The position numbers and the translations under genes are program-made. The notes beneath the pieces were generated by a model. The model was not told the DNA's origin and ran no database searches. It saw nothing but the letters and a program-made list of their open reading frames with translations. From positions 1 through 52,633 of the forward strand of contig DATCCA010000149.1 of assembly GCA_036511575.1 (NCBI GenBank): a stretch of 52,633 nt of DNA. The letters are read 5' to 3'. Source of the stretch: Acidimicrobiales bacterium (GTDB lineage: Bacteria > Actinomycetota > Acidimicrobiia > Acidimicrobiales > RAAP-2). The first letter of the stretch is position 1, and every line of letters begins with the position of its first letter. Positions 27,906-39,184 of this stretch are shown here, piece by piece.

Positions 27906-29357
27906 ATGAAGTGGAAACGAGCCGCTCTACTGGTGTGTTCGTTCCTCACGCTGGCCTTCGTTGTGCCAGCAGGCGCCGCCAGTACAACACCGCGATGGGA
28001 CGTGGCAAAAGTCGCGAGTCTTCCGAGCGGCGCCACCGGTCTCCCTTCGGGTTTCTTACCGGCACTCGGGTGTGCATCCGCCGGCAACTGCAGCGCCGGA
28101 GGTGCCTTCAATGACGCCAGTAGCCACACGCAGGGTCTTGTCCTCAATGAAGTGCGGGGCACGTGGGGAGCACCGACCAAACTGATTGCGCCCACTGGGT
28201 CGGCGAGTGACCCGGCATTGACTGTCAACTCAATCGCCTGTGGCGCGGTGGGCACTTGCGTCGCGGTAGGGAGTTACGACGACAACAAGAATTACGCGCA
28301 AAGCTTCGTTGTAGGAGAAATCCGAGGGGTGTGGCAGCGCACGCGCGAGGTGGCGCTTCCGGCGAACGCCAAGGGGGCGACCCAACTCAGCGAAGTGCAC
28401 TCTGTTTCGTGTTGGTCGGCGGGGAACTGCAGCGCGGTCGGCAGTTATCTCGACGGTACCAAGCCGGTTGGCCACTCTGAGGGGATGGTCGTCAATGAAG
28501 TGCGCGGTACGTGGACCCGAGCGCAGGAAGTGAAACTTCCCGGCGACGCCAATGCGAACCCCTACGCACTACTCAACCAGATCACCTGCACGAATGGCCG
28601 TTGCGTCGGGGTCGGCTCCTACATCGGCGCCAACGGCACGACGCAAGGACTCGCCGTCAGCGGCGTCAACGGCACGTGGACGCGGGGACTCGCCGTCGCG
28701 CTGCCCGCGAACGCGAACGCCTATCCCGTTGCGGACGTCAGCGAGGTTGCGTGCGTCTCGGCCGCGAACTGCACCGCGCTCGGCACGTACACCAACGTCA
28801 GCGGCCAAAACGAGGGGTTCACGGTTACCGAAAGCAAAGGGACGTGGCAGGGGGCACTCGCAATGACGATGCCGACCGGCGCGGCAACAAATCCTCATAC
28901 GTTCTTCTACGGATACGGCGGCCTGGCGTGTGCGTCCATCGGCAACTGCAGCGCGGGCGGCCAGTACCTCGTCGGTGCCACGCAGTATGAAGGATTTTTC
29001 ATCAATGAGGTGAACGGTATTTGGCAACCCGCGACGCAGATGTTGTTGCCAAGTGGCGCACTGATGGCGGGGAAGAATGGCGGCGTGGTCGCTGTCTCGT
29101 GCCGCTCCGCGGGCAACTGCAGTGCGGGCGCTGCTTACTTCGACGGCTCGAGCCAATACCAGGCCCTAGTGATCAACGAAGTGTCGAACACGTGGCAGGT
29201 CGGGCAAAAGATCGCGTTGCCCACGGGCGCCACCTCGGTCGGCATCGATGGGGGCGTCTATGGATTGGTGTGTCACCGGACCGGTCCGTGCACCGCGACC
29301 GGAAGTTACTTGAAGACCGCGACCACCTACGAAGGCTTTACCGTCTCAACGTCGTAA
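27906..29357 (+). CDS. Secreted protein with 8 Cys-paired repeats (probable beta-propeller)
   Basis: Signal peptide MKWKR...AGA; 8 units of about 58 aa: C-x4/5-C-x-A-x-G-x-Y...E..G.W...LP. Confidence 0.8.
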   Translation: MKWKRAALLVCSFLTLAFVVPAGAASTTPRWDVAKVASLPSGATGLPSGFLPALGCASAGNCSAGGAFNDASSHTQGLVLNEVRGTWGAPTKLIAPTGSASDPALTVNSIACGAVGTCVAVGSYDDNKNYAQSFVVGEIRGVWQRTREVALPANAKGATQLSEVHSVSCWSAGNCSAVGSYLDGTKPVGHSEGMVVNEVRGTWTRAQEVKLPGDANANPYALLNQITCTNGRCVGVGSYIGANGTTQGLAVSGVNGTWTRGLAVALPANANAYPVADVSEVACVSAANCTALGTYTNVSGQNEGFTVTESKGTWQGALAMTMPTGAATNPHTFFYGYGGLACASIGNCSAGGQYLVGATQYEGFFINEVNGIWQPATQMLLPSGALMAGKNGGVVAVSCRSAGNCSAGAAYFDGSSQYQALVINEVSNTWQVGQKIALPTGATSVGIDGGVYGLVCHRTGPCTATGSYLKTATTYEGFTVSTS

Positions 29358-30278
29358 TCAGAGACGAAAGGGCGTCGGATTCGAACGCAGTTTCGGCACG
29401 CGCATCCGCGCGATCACGCTGCCCGGCGAGGGGTGGCAGTACTGCGCAATACCAAGGTCACCCGCGACGGAAAGAAACATGAAGGCATCCTCGCGCGAAA
29501 ATCCCCACTCATCCACGAGTAGTTTCGACGCCTCTTCGCACGCTGACTTCAACGCCTCGTCCAGGTCGCCGGCCGAAGTGCCGTGCGTGTAGAACGCATC
29601 GGCTGTCTCAGTGATTGGCCAGCCACCGCATTTGCCCTTGATGAGGTCGACCTTGATGATGCCGATGCCGCCAATCTCGACGCCGGTGCCCGAGATCTCA
29701 CCGTCACCCATCGATGCGTGCATATCCCCAATTGCGAGCTGACCACCAGGTTGGAAGACCGGAAGGTGGATTGTCGCGCCGATGCCGTTCACGTGGTCAT
29801 CCATGTTGCCGCCGTGTCGATCAGCGAAGAACGTCGAGACATCACCGGACGCGGGAGAGACGCCTACGACGCCGAACATTGGTCGCACCGGGAATGAAAC
29901 GTTCTCGTTCATCGTGACGACGCCGTTCTCGACGAGAAAAATTCGCGTCGTCGGCGACTGCACGGAGTCGATCAGTTGTCCCCATTCCGGAATGCACATC
30001 GCCGCGCCTTTCGGGCCAGGTCGAATGTCAATCAAGGTGACCGAGAGCGTGTCACCAAGTTCGGCGCCGCGAACAGCGATTGGCCCCGTCGCACTGTTGA
30101 CGCGCGCGAGGTCCAGGTGCTCGAGCGTGTCGCTCTCGCTCTGGACCTGACCCGTGAAGCAGTCCCACGTTTCAATCTCGATGACGGTTCCCGGATCGAC
30201 GGTCACGACGGGCTGTCGCTGTGCGTCGAAGGACCACACGTGTTCGTCGCGACCGATCTTCACTGTCGGTTCACTCAT
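29358..30278 (-). CDS. Acetamidase/formamidase family protein
   Basis: TGPIAV.GA..GD, GGNMD, GDMHA.MGDGE and GVE motifs. Confidence 0.9.
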   Translation of the reverse strand: MSEPTVKIGRDEHVWSFDAQRQPVVTVDPGTVIEIETWDCFTGQVQSESDTLEHLDLARVNSATGPIAVRGAELGDTLSVTLIDIRPGPKGAAMCIPEWGQLIDSVQSPTTRIFLVENGVVTMNENVSFPVRPMFGVVGVSPASGDVSTFFADRHGGNMDDHVNGIGATIHLPVFQPGGQLAIGDMHASMGDGEISGTGVEIGGIGIIKVDLIKGKCGGWPITETADAFYTHGTSAGDLDEALKSACEEASKLLVDEWGFSREDAFMFLSVAGDLGIAQYCHPSPGSVIARMRVPKLRSNPTPFRL

Positions 30279-30523
30279 TCGCCCTCCATCCGCTGGTCTG
30301 CCCAACTCTAAATCAAGGAATGCATCACTTTCGGCGGTCTCCGAAGGCGCGCCGAAGAAGATTCATCCGATGAACACCTCGCGATTGCGTTTGGGTCACG
30401 TTGCGGTAACCCTGCCTACTTACGTTGACGTTGTGGCACGCGTACGATCTCAAACCTCCCCTCTGATATCGAACAGTGCCGCCCCTCGCAGCATCAACAT
30501 TGCACGCTCACAGAAGGGTCCCC

Positions 30524-31216
30524 GTGACCGATAGTGAGAGTCGCAGCGTCATCCTCGTCGTCGAGGATGAAGAGAGTTACCAGGACGCCCTCAATATTGG
30601 GCTCACCGTAGAGGGCTTCGTCGTCGTTGGTGCGACCAACATCGCCCAGGCTCGTCAACTGATGACATCAGCGAAGCCCGACCTCGTACTGCTCGACATC
30701 ATGTTGCCCGACGGCTCTGGCATTGACTACTGCCGTGAGCTCTACGACTCGACACGCACGCCCGTGATCATGGTCACCGCGCGCTCGAGCGAAGTCGACG
30801 TCGTGCTCGGGCTCGAGATCGGCGCCGCGGACTACGTCACGAAGCCATTTCGACTCCGCGAACTGATCGCTCGCATTCGCGCAGTCCTTCGTCGACCACT
30901 CACGAATGCCGAAGATGAGATCGTCACGTTCGGCGATCTGCGCATCGATTTCGTACGTCGAACCGTCACCCGACTGGGCACCGAAATTGAGCTCAGCCGC
31001 AAGGAGTTCGATCTCTTGGCGCTCTTCGCGTCTCGACTTGGTCAGGTCGTGACGCGCGAGGTCTGCCTCGACACGCTTTGGTGGGGACTTGAGCTTTCCG
31101 ACACGCGCACGCTGGACACCCACGTCAAGCGACTGCGACAGAAGATCGAGGCCGACCCCGCCAATCCCGTTCACCTCATTACCATCCGCGGCGTAGGTTT
31201 TCGACTCGACCCGTAA
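30524..31216 (+). CDS. OmpR/PhoB family response regulator (RegX3-like), no adjacent kinase
   Basis: VVEDEES, LLDIMLP, DYVTKPF, TLDTHVKRLR and TIRGVGF motifs. Confidence 0.92.
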   Translation: MTDSESRSVILVVEDEESYQDALNIGLTVEGFVVVGATNIAQARQLMTSAKPDLVLLDIMLPDGSGIDYCRELYDSTRTPVIMVTARSSEVDVVLGLEIGAADYVTKPFRLRELIARIRAVLRRPLTNAEDEIVTFGDLRIDFVRRTVTRLGTEIELSRKEFDLLALFASRLGQVVTREVCLDTLWWGLELSDTRTLDTHVKRLRQKIEADPANPVHLITIRGVGFRLDP

Positions 31217-31225
31217 CCTGCGTTC

Positions 31226-31677
31226 ATGCAGACTGGCGATCTCGCACCGGACTTCAAACTCAACGACCAGGAAGGCAACGAGCGGACCCTCTCGACCATG
31301 TTGCTTAGCGGTCCCGTCGTGCTCTTCTTTTATCCCGCGGCAATGACCAAGGGATGCACCAAGGAGTCGTGTCACTTCCGTGATCTCGCTTCGGAGTTCT
31401 CGATGCTCGGTGGCCAACGACTCGGCATCTCAATGGACTCCGTTGCGAAGCAGTCTGAGTTCACGACGAAGAACCACTTGGACTATCCGCTGCTCGCTGA
31501 CGTCGGTGGCGACGTCGCCAAGAGCTACGGCGTGAAGCGGTCCCTCGATCTGTTGAAGGTCAAGCGCACGACGTTCGTCATCGGCCAAGACCAACGGGTG
31601 CTCGACGTCATCTCAAGCGAGACGAACATGAACACCCACGCCGATCGTGCGCTCGACGCACTACGGACATTGAAGGC

Positions 31678-31681
<4 letters not shown>
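31226..31681 (+). CDS. bcp: Peroxiredoxin (Bcp/PrxQ type)
   Basis: FYP...T.GCTKESC motif and R.TFVI. Confidence 0.88.
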
Positions 31682-33134
<1,453 letters not shown>

Positions 33135-33138
<4 letters not shown>

Positions 33139-34121
33139 CTCTCAAATCCCATCACTCGGTCAACGGCGTCCAGGATGCGATCGACGGTCGGACGGTAGTC
33201 CTCCTCGATCCGCGTGGGCGGGTACGGCACGTGGTAGCCACTCACGCGAAGCCCGGGGGCACGTAGGGAGTAGAAGCAGCGCTGCGTCAGTTCTGACACG
33301 ATCTCAGAGCCGATCGACGCGGTGTGCGGCGACTCTTGGACGACGACGACGCGGCCAGTCTTCTCAACCGACTTGGCCATCAACTCAATGTCGAGCGGCG
33401 CAATCGAGCGCGCGTCGATCACTTCGATGGACGTTCCCTCGACTTGGGCAGTCTCGGCGGCGCGAAGACACGTCTTCATGGACGCGCCGTAGCCAATAAG
33501 CGTGACGTCGGTGCCCTCGCGGCGAACGAGTGCGTCAAAGAGGCCGGCCGGCGGCGTTTCGAGGTCGACTTCGCCCTTCTCCCAGTAGCGGCTCTTGGGC
33601 TCACAGAAGATAATTGGGTCGTCGTGCTCAATCGACTGCTGAATCATCCAGTAGGCGTCATTCGGCGTTGAGCACGACACAACGCGCAGACCGGCGGTCT
33701 GGGCGAAGTACGGCTCGGGGCTCTCCGAGTGGTGCTCGATTGCGCCGATGCCGCCTTGAAATGGAATGCGAATCACCATACCCATGATGTACGCACCGTC
33801 AGATCGCTTGTGGAGCTTGGCGACTTGGGAGACGATCTGGTCGAACGCCGGATAGACGAATCCGTCGAACTGGATCTCGCACACCGCACGGTAGCCACGG
33901 ATCGCCAGACCAACGGCGGTACCGACAATGGCTGACTCCGCCAGTGGTGAGTCGATGACGCGGTCTTCGCCAAAGTCCTTCTGCAGGCCGTCGGTGATCC
34001 GAAACACGCCACCGAGGCGACCAATGTCTTCGCCCATCAAAAGGACCTTGGGGTTCTTCTCCATGGCGCGACGCAGTCCCTCGTTGAGCGCCTTGGCCAT
34101 GGTCATCGTCGTGGTGGTCAT
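33135..34121 (-). CDS. pdhB: 2-oxoacid dehydrogenase E1 beta (PdhB/BkdB type)
   Basis: GEDIG..GGVFR.T, EIQFDGF and EHHSESPE motifs. Confidence 0.93.
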
Positions 34122-35188
34122 TAGAGGGCACCCCCGCTAATCCCTAGCTCAATCATCTCGCGGCGACCCTCTTCAATCAGCGGGTGTGGTGCAGAGTAGG
34201 CATTGTCGAACATCGTGATCGGGTCGGGTCGGCTCATCGCCAACACGTCCTCACGAAGCTGCAACGCCATGGTGTCGGCCTCTTCGGTCACGGCGTCGAA
34301 ATCAGCATTCTTCACTTTGTACTCGCGTGCCAGCAGCGCCTTCACTCGCTCGACCGGGTCACGGTGCTTCCACACTTCCACCTCCGCGTCGATGCGATAA
34401 CGCGTGGGGTCGTCGGACGTGGTGTGCGCGCCAATTCGATAGGTATAGGCCTCTATCAACGTCGGCCCGCCTCCGACGCGGGCACTCTCGAGGGCTCGCT
34501 TGCTCACTTCGTAGACCGCGAGCACGTCATTGCCGTCGACTCGCACGCCCGGGAACCCAAAGCCGTGCGCGCGGTGATACAGCGGAATTTTTGACTGCAC
34601 GGAAGAGGGGGTCGAAATGCCCCACTGGTTGTTCTGACAGAAGAACACAACGGGCGCGTTGAACGACGCGGCCCACACAAAGGCCTCCATCACGTCGCCC
34701 TGGCTCGAAGCGCCGTCACCAAAGAAGGCCATCGAGGCCTCCTCCGCGCCGTCGCGCTGAATGCCCATGGCGTAGCCAACGGCGTGTAGGCACTGGCTGC
34801 CCAGTACGACCGTGGGTACTGAATGGCGGTACTTCTGAGGATCCCAGCCGCCGTTGCTCACCGCGCGAAAGAGGCGAAGCATGTCCGCGGGTGGCACGCC
34901 ACGACACCACGCAATGCCGTGCTCGCGATAGGTCGGAAACGTGAAGTCCCCGGGTGCCAGGGCCCGTCCGGCTCCGATTTGGGCCGCCTCTTGACCTTGG
35001 ATGGGGGCCCAGAGTGCGAGCTGACCCTGGCGCTGCAGTGAGGTCGACTCGTTGCACAGGCGTCGAATGATGACCATGTCGCGGTACAGACCGAAGATCT
35101 CGTCGCCGTTCAACGTGGACTCGTAGTCCGAGCTGACAACGCGTTCGCCCTCGGGCGTCAACAGTTGAACAAGTTCTTCGTCGATCAT
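34121..35188 (-). CDS. pdhA: 2-oxoacid dehydrogenase E1 alpha (PdhA/BkdA type)
   Basis: GQEAAQ, GDGA...NN TPP motif and HTTSDDP. Substrate (pyruvate or branched-chain) is not resolvable by eye. Confidence 0.93.
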   Translation of the reverse strand: MIDEELVQLLTPEGERVVSSDYESTLNGDEIFGLYRDMVIIRRLCNESTSLQRQGQLALWAPIQGQEAAQIGAGRALAPGDFTFPTYREHGIAWCRGVPPADMLRLFRAVSNGGWDPQKYRHSVPTVVLGSQCLHAVGYAMGIQRDGAEEASMAFFGDGASSQGDVMEAFVWAASFNAPVVFFCQNNQWGISTPSSVQSKIPLYHRAHGFGFPGVRVDGNDVLAVYEVSKRALESARVGGGPTLIEAYTYRIGAHTTSDDPTRYRIDAEVEVWKHRDPVERVKALLAREYKVKNADFDAVTEEADTMALQLREDVLAMSRPDPITMFDNAYSAPHPLIEEGRREMIELGISGGAL

Positions 35189-35241
35189 CGACACTCCTTA
35201 GCAATACCCCCGAAATTACACTATCCCTCTACCATGAATGG

Positions 35242-36465
35242 GTGCCCCGGCTACTGGTTGATGTAAGTCCGCTGCGCCACAATCGCGACTTCCGATTGTT
35301 GTATTCAGGGCAAGTCGTCTCGCTACTCGGCAGTAACTTGACCGTCGTCGCAGTGCCCTTTCAGGTCTATAGCCAAACGCACTCCAACCTGTGGGTTGGA
35401 CTCGCGAGCCTTATCCAACTGCCCTTTCTCATCACCGGCGCACTCTGGGGCGGCGCCATGGGTGACCGTGCCGACAAACGCGTGTTGATGTTGCTGAGTT
35501 CAGTCGTCCTGGGCCTGACGAGTGCCGGGCTGGCCCTGAACGCCGGCTTCCACGACCACCATCTGATCTTTCTTCTCCTCCTCGCCGCTCTCTCGGCCGG
35601 CTTCGCCGGTTTCTCTAGTCCTCTGCGCACTGCCGCAATTCCCAAGCTCGTGAAGCCCGAAGAGCTAGTGGCGTCGTACTCGCTCAATCAAGTCGCGGTG
35701 AACTCCGCTGCAGTCATTGGCCCGGCCCTCGCCGGTGTCTTCATCGCCAGCATCGGTCTCTTCTCCTGCTACGCAGTTGACGCGATCACCTTTGCGCTCT
35801 TGACGCTGTTGACGTCCTTCATGTCAGCGATGCCCGCCACCGGTGAGCACACCGGCACACGAATGCTGCGCGCGATCGGTGACGGATTTCGCTACGTACG
35901 AAGCCACGCGGTCGTCCAGGCCGTGTACCTCGTCGACCTGAACGCCATGGTCTTTGGACTACCTCGAGCACTCTTTCCCGCGGTCGCCCTCACCCTCTAC
36001 CACGGAGGGCCGCAGACCTTCGGCCTACTCTCCGCGGCGCCGGGCGCGGGCGCGCTCCTCATGGCGGTCGTCACGGGATGGATTGCTCGCGTTCAGCGCC
36101 AAGGTCGCCTCGTCGCGATGGTCGTGATGGCCTGGGGAGCGGCGATAACCATTTTCGGTCTCGTGCACATTTTTTGGATCGGACTGGCGTGTCTCGGCGT
36201 GGCTGGCGCGATGGACGTCATCTCGACCGTCTTGCGCAACACCATCTTGCAGAACGCCATCACCGACGAGTTTCGCAGTCGAATCTCGTCGATCCAGATG
36301 GCGGTGGTCACGGGCGGACCGCGACTCGGGGACGTGGAGTCCGGCGTCCTCGCCAACTACTCTTCGACCGAATTCTCCATCGTCTCGGGCGGCATTGCGT
36401 GCATCGTGGGCGTACTCGTCCTGATGAAATGGCGTCCCACGTTTTGGGAGCAGGGGAAGCTTTAG
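35242..36465 (+). CDS. MFS transporter (EntS/DHA3-like)
   Basis: D.SPLR..RDFR, GGAMGDR.D.R and GGPRLGD motifs; about 12 TM segments. Confidence 0.88.
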   Translation: MPRLLVDVSPLRHNRDFRLLYSGQVVSLLGSNLTVVAVPFQVYSQTHSNLWVGLASLIQLPFLITGALWGGAMGDRADKRVLMLLSSVVLGLTSAGLALNAGFHDHHLIFLLLLAALSAGFAGFSSPLRTAAIPKLVKPEELVASYSLNQVAVNSAAVIGPALAGVFIASIGLFSCYAVDAITFALLTLLTSFMSAMPATGEHTGTRMLRAIGDGFRYVRSHAVVQAVYLVDLNAMVFGLPRALFPAVALTLYHGGPQTFGLLSAAPGAGALLMAVVTGWIARVQRQGRLVAMVVMAWGAAITIFGLVHIFWIGLACLGVAGAMDVISTVLRNTILQNAITDEFRSRISSIQMAVVTGGPRLGDVESGVLANYSSTEFSIVSGGIACIVGVLVLMKWRPTFWEQGKL

Positions 36466-37502
36466 GTGCTTCGCACGGGGATTGATTTGTGTCGGGCGTT
36501 GGTAACGGCGGCCAGCTGACCGCAAGCCGCGTCAATCGAGCGTCCTCTGGTGTTGCGAATCGTTGCGTTCACGCCCAGTTCAATCAGCCCTTCACGAAAG
36601 TCGTGGACGCGCTGACCCGACGATCCGCGCACGAGGTAGCCCGGGGTCGGGTTGAGGGGTATGAGGTTCACGTGCGCTCGAAGCGACCGGGCATAGTTTG
36701 CGAGCTCATCAATATCGCGCTCTCGGTCGTTCACGCCGTCGATGAGTGCCCATTCGAAACTGAGCCGTCGACCAGTGGTGTCCATCCAGAACTGGCAGGC
36801 TTCGTGGAGACGCTCGAGCGGATAGCGACGATTGAGCGGTATGAGTTCGTTGCGATCCTTGTTATTGGCCGAGTGCAGACTCACCGCAAGCGTGAGTGGA
36901 AGTCCGGTCTTCGCCATCTTCTCAATCGCCGGGGCAACCCCGACGGTCGACACGGTGAGGTGACGCGCGGAGAGTCCGCGGTACTCGTGCAGCGTGCGTA
37001 CGACGTTCATGGTGACGAGATAGTTCGCGAGCGGCTCTCCCATGCCCATGAAGACGACATTGGAGAGTCGTCGCGGTGCGGCGGCGCGCGCGGCGAACAT
37101 CACCTGTTCGAGCACTTCGCCCGAGGTGAGGTGACGGGTGAACCCCGCCTGACCGGTGGCGCAGAACGTGCAGCCCATAGCGCATCCGGCCTGACTCGAC
37201 ACACAGACCGTCACTCGGTCTTCGTAGTTCATCAAGACCGTCTCGATGGTGGCGCCATCACGCAGTCGAAAGACCCACTTTCTCGTGGCGCCAAGGTCAC
37301 TCTGCACGTCGTTGGCGACTTCGATGCTCGGGGGAAAGATCTCGGCGAGCCGCGCACGCAAGGCTTTGGGGATTGTCGTGATCTCGCCCACACATTGCGC
37401 CTCTACCCAGAGTCCATGCCAGACCTGATCAACCCGGTAGCGAGGTTCACCTTCGAGGAGTGACGCCAACTCTTCTTTCGAGACGTCGTAAGCCGAGGAC
37501 AT
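36462..37502 (-). CDS. rlmN: 23S rRNA (A2503-C2)/tRNA methyltransferase
   Basis: CAMGCTFC radical SAM motif, MGMGEP, NLIP.N and AACGQL. Confidence 0.95.
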   Translation of the reverse strand: MSSAYDVSKEELASLLEGEPRYRVDQVWHGLWVEAQCVGEITTIPKALRARLAEIFPPSIEVANDVQSDLGATRKWVFRLRDGATIETVLMNYEDRVTVCVSSQAGCAMGCTFCATGQAGFTRHLTSGEVLEQVMFAARAAAPRRLSNVVFMGMGEPLANYLVTMNVVRTLHEYRGLSARHLTVSTVGVAPAIEKMAKTGLPLTLAVSLHSANNKDRNELIPLNRRYPLERLHEACQFWMDTTGRRLSFEWALIDGVNDRERDIDELANYARSLRAHVNLIPLNPTPGYLVRGSSGQRVHDFREGLIELGVNATIRNTRGRSIDAACGQLAAVTNARHKSIPVRST

Positions 37503-37611
37503 GGTGTAACGCTACGTGCTCGAGCGAAGTGCTCACCGGCCCCGTCCATGGTCACGAATCTCTGCTTGACTTTGTGACGGCTGTAACCAGCCCATGACAT
37601 CAGGAGTAGCA

Positions 37612-38388
37612 ATGGAACTCAACAACACATCCGCCGTCGTCACCGGTGGCGCCTCAGGACTCGGCGAAGCGACCGCTCGCGAACTCAGTGCGCGCGGCGT
37701 CAAGGTTGTTGTCGCCGACCTCAACGACGAGCTGGGCAACAAGGTCGCCCAGGAGATTGGCGGAGCGTACGCACACTGCGACGTCACGAACACCGAACAG
37801 GTCATCGCGGCAATCGAAGCGGCAATCGCGATGGCGCCCCTATGGAGTGCCGTGAACTGCGCGGGCATTGGCTGGGCGACGCGAACGATCGGTAAGGACG
37901 GTGAGTACTCGTCGGCTCACGACCTTGACTTGTATCGCAAGGTCATCGAGATCAACCTGATCGGCACCTTTAACGTCTGTCGCCTCGCCGCGACCGCCAT
38001 GGGCAAGAACACGCCCGACGTCGACAACATGCGCGGCGCACTGGTGAACACTGCGTCAGTCGCTGCGGAGGACGGCCAGATTGGCCAGGTGGCCTACTCG
38101 TCGTCCAAGGGCGGGGTCGTCGGTCTCACGTTGCCACTCGCGCGCGACCTCGCCGTCGTGGGCGTCCGCGCAAACTGCATCCTTCCTGGACTGATCGATA
38201 CCCCGATCTACGGCACCGGTCCCCAGTCCGACGAGTTCAAGGCGCGCCTCGGCGCCGGCGTGCTCTTCCCCAAGCGACTCGGCTACTCGTCGGAGTTTGC
38301 GTCCCTCGCGGTTGAACTCCTCGCCAATAGTTATATGAATGCCGAGTCGATTCGTCTGGACGCCGGTATTCGGATGCAGCCCAAATAG
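37612..38388 (+). CDS. SDR oxidoreductase (3-hydroxyacyl-CoA dehydrogenase type II-like)
   Basis: TGGASGLG, NCAGI and GQIGQ.AYSSSK motifs; AGGAG SD. Confidence 0.92.
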   Translation: MELNNTSAVVTGGASGLGEATARELSARGVKVVVADLNDELGNKVAQEIGGAYAHCDVTNTEQVIAAIEAAIAMAPLWSAVNCAGIGWATRTIGKDGEYSSAHDLDLYRKVIEINLIGTFNVCRLAATAMGKNTPDVDNMRGALVNTASVAAEDGQIGQVAYSSSKGGVVGLTLPLARDLAVVGVRANCILPGLIDTPIYGTGPQSDEFKARLGAGVLFPKRLGYSSEFASLAVELLANSYMNAESIRLDAGIRMQPK

Positions 38389-38640
38389 ACCTGTCGTTGT
38401 TGGCCGGTCCCTCGCCTCGGGAGCAACCTCGTCTCGTTGGTGCACTTCGACCATGGACATCAAACTGACTCCTCGTCGATCACTCACTTTCGGACCACCA
38501 GGGCGGCACTCGAATGTAGTTTCCTACTATTTCGCTCGTACTACTAGAATATGAAAAATGAACCCTAGGTGATGGGGGGTGAGAACGTCAAGCGCACGTC
38601 AGTACAACGACGCGTGAACGCCTTGTGCGACGATGACGTC

Positions 38641-39165
38641 GTGGAATACACGTTGGAAATGGGCAGGGCCGTACTGTCGCGCACACCGGGCACGCTTCGC
38701 GCACTCCTGATCGACATGCCCGAGGAGTGGACCATGGCCGACGAAGGTCCACAGACCTGGTCGCCCTATCAAGTGGTCGGTCACCTAACGCATATTGAAG
38801 AGGTCGATTGGATGGACCGCACCGTGTTGATTCTCGCGCAGAGCGAACCACGGACGTTTGAACCAGTCGATCGCGAGGCCGGCTTCTCACGTTTTGCCGG
38901 TTGGTCGATGACCGAATTCCTGGAGCGCTTCGACACGGTCCGCTCGTCCAATCTCAGCCAGTTGGACGCCTTGGTGAGCGCCAACGATCTGCAACTGCTT
39001 GGCGTACATCCAACTTTTGGCGAGGTGCCACTGAGCCAACTGCTCGCGACGTGGGCGGTGCACGACTTGAATCACCTGAACCAGATCGTCAAGACCATGG
39101 CGAAGCAGTACACCGACGCCGTCGGCCCTTGGCGTTCGCTGCTGCCTATCGTCGACGCGCCTTGA
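38641..39165 (+). CDS. DinB family protein
   Basis: WS...VVGHL and HDLNHL metal-binding His triad. Confidence 0.85.
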   Translation: MEYTLEMGRAVLSRTPGTLRALLIDMPEEWTMADEGPQTWSPYQVVGHLTHIEEVDWMDRTVLILAQSEPRTFEPVDREAGFSRFAGWSMTEFLERFDTVRSSNLSQLDALVSANDLQLLGVHPTFGEVPLSQLLATWAVHDLNHLNQIVKTMAKQYTDAVGPWRSLLPIVDAP

Positions 39166-39184
39166 TCCGCGACAGTCCGTCGGA

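Noticed and set aside
36489-37463. 324-aa plus-strand ORF
   Set aside because: Antisense shadow of rlmN.
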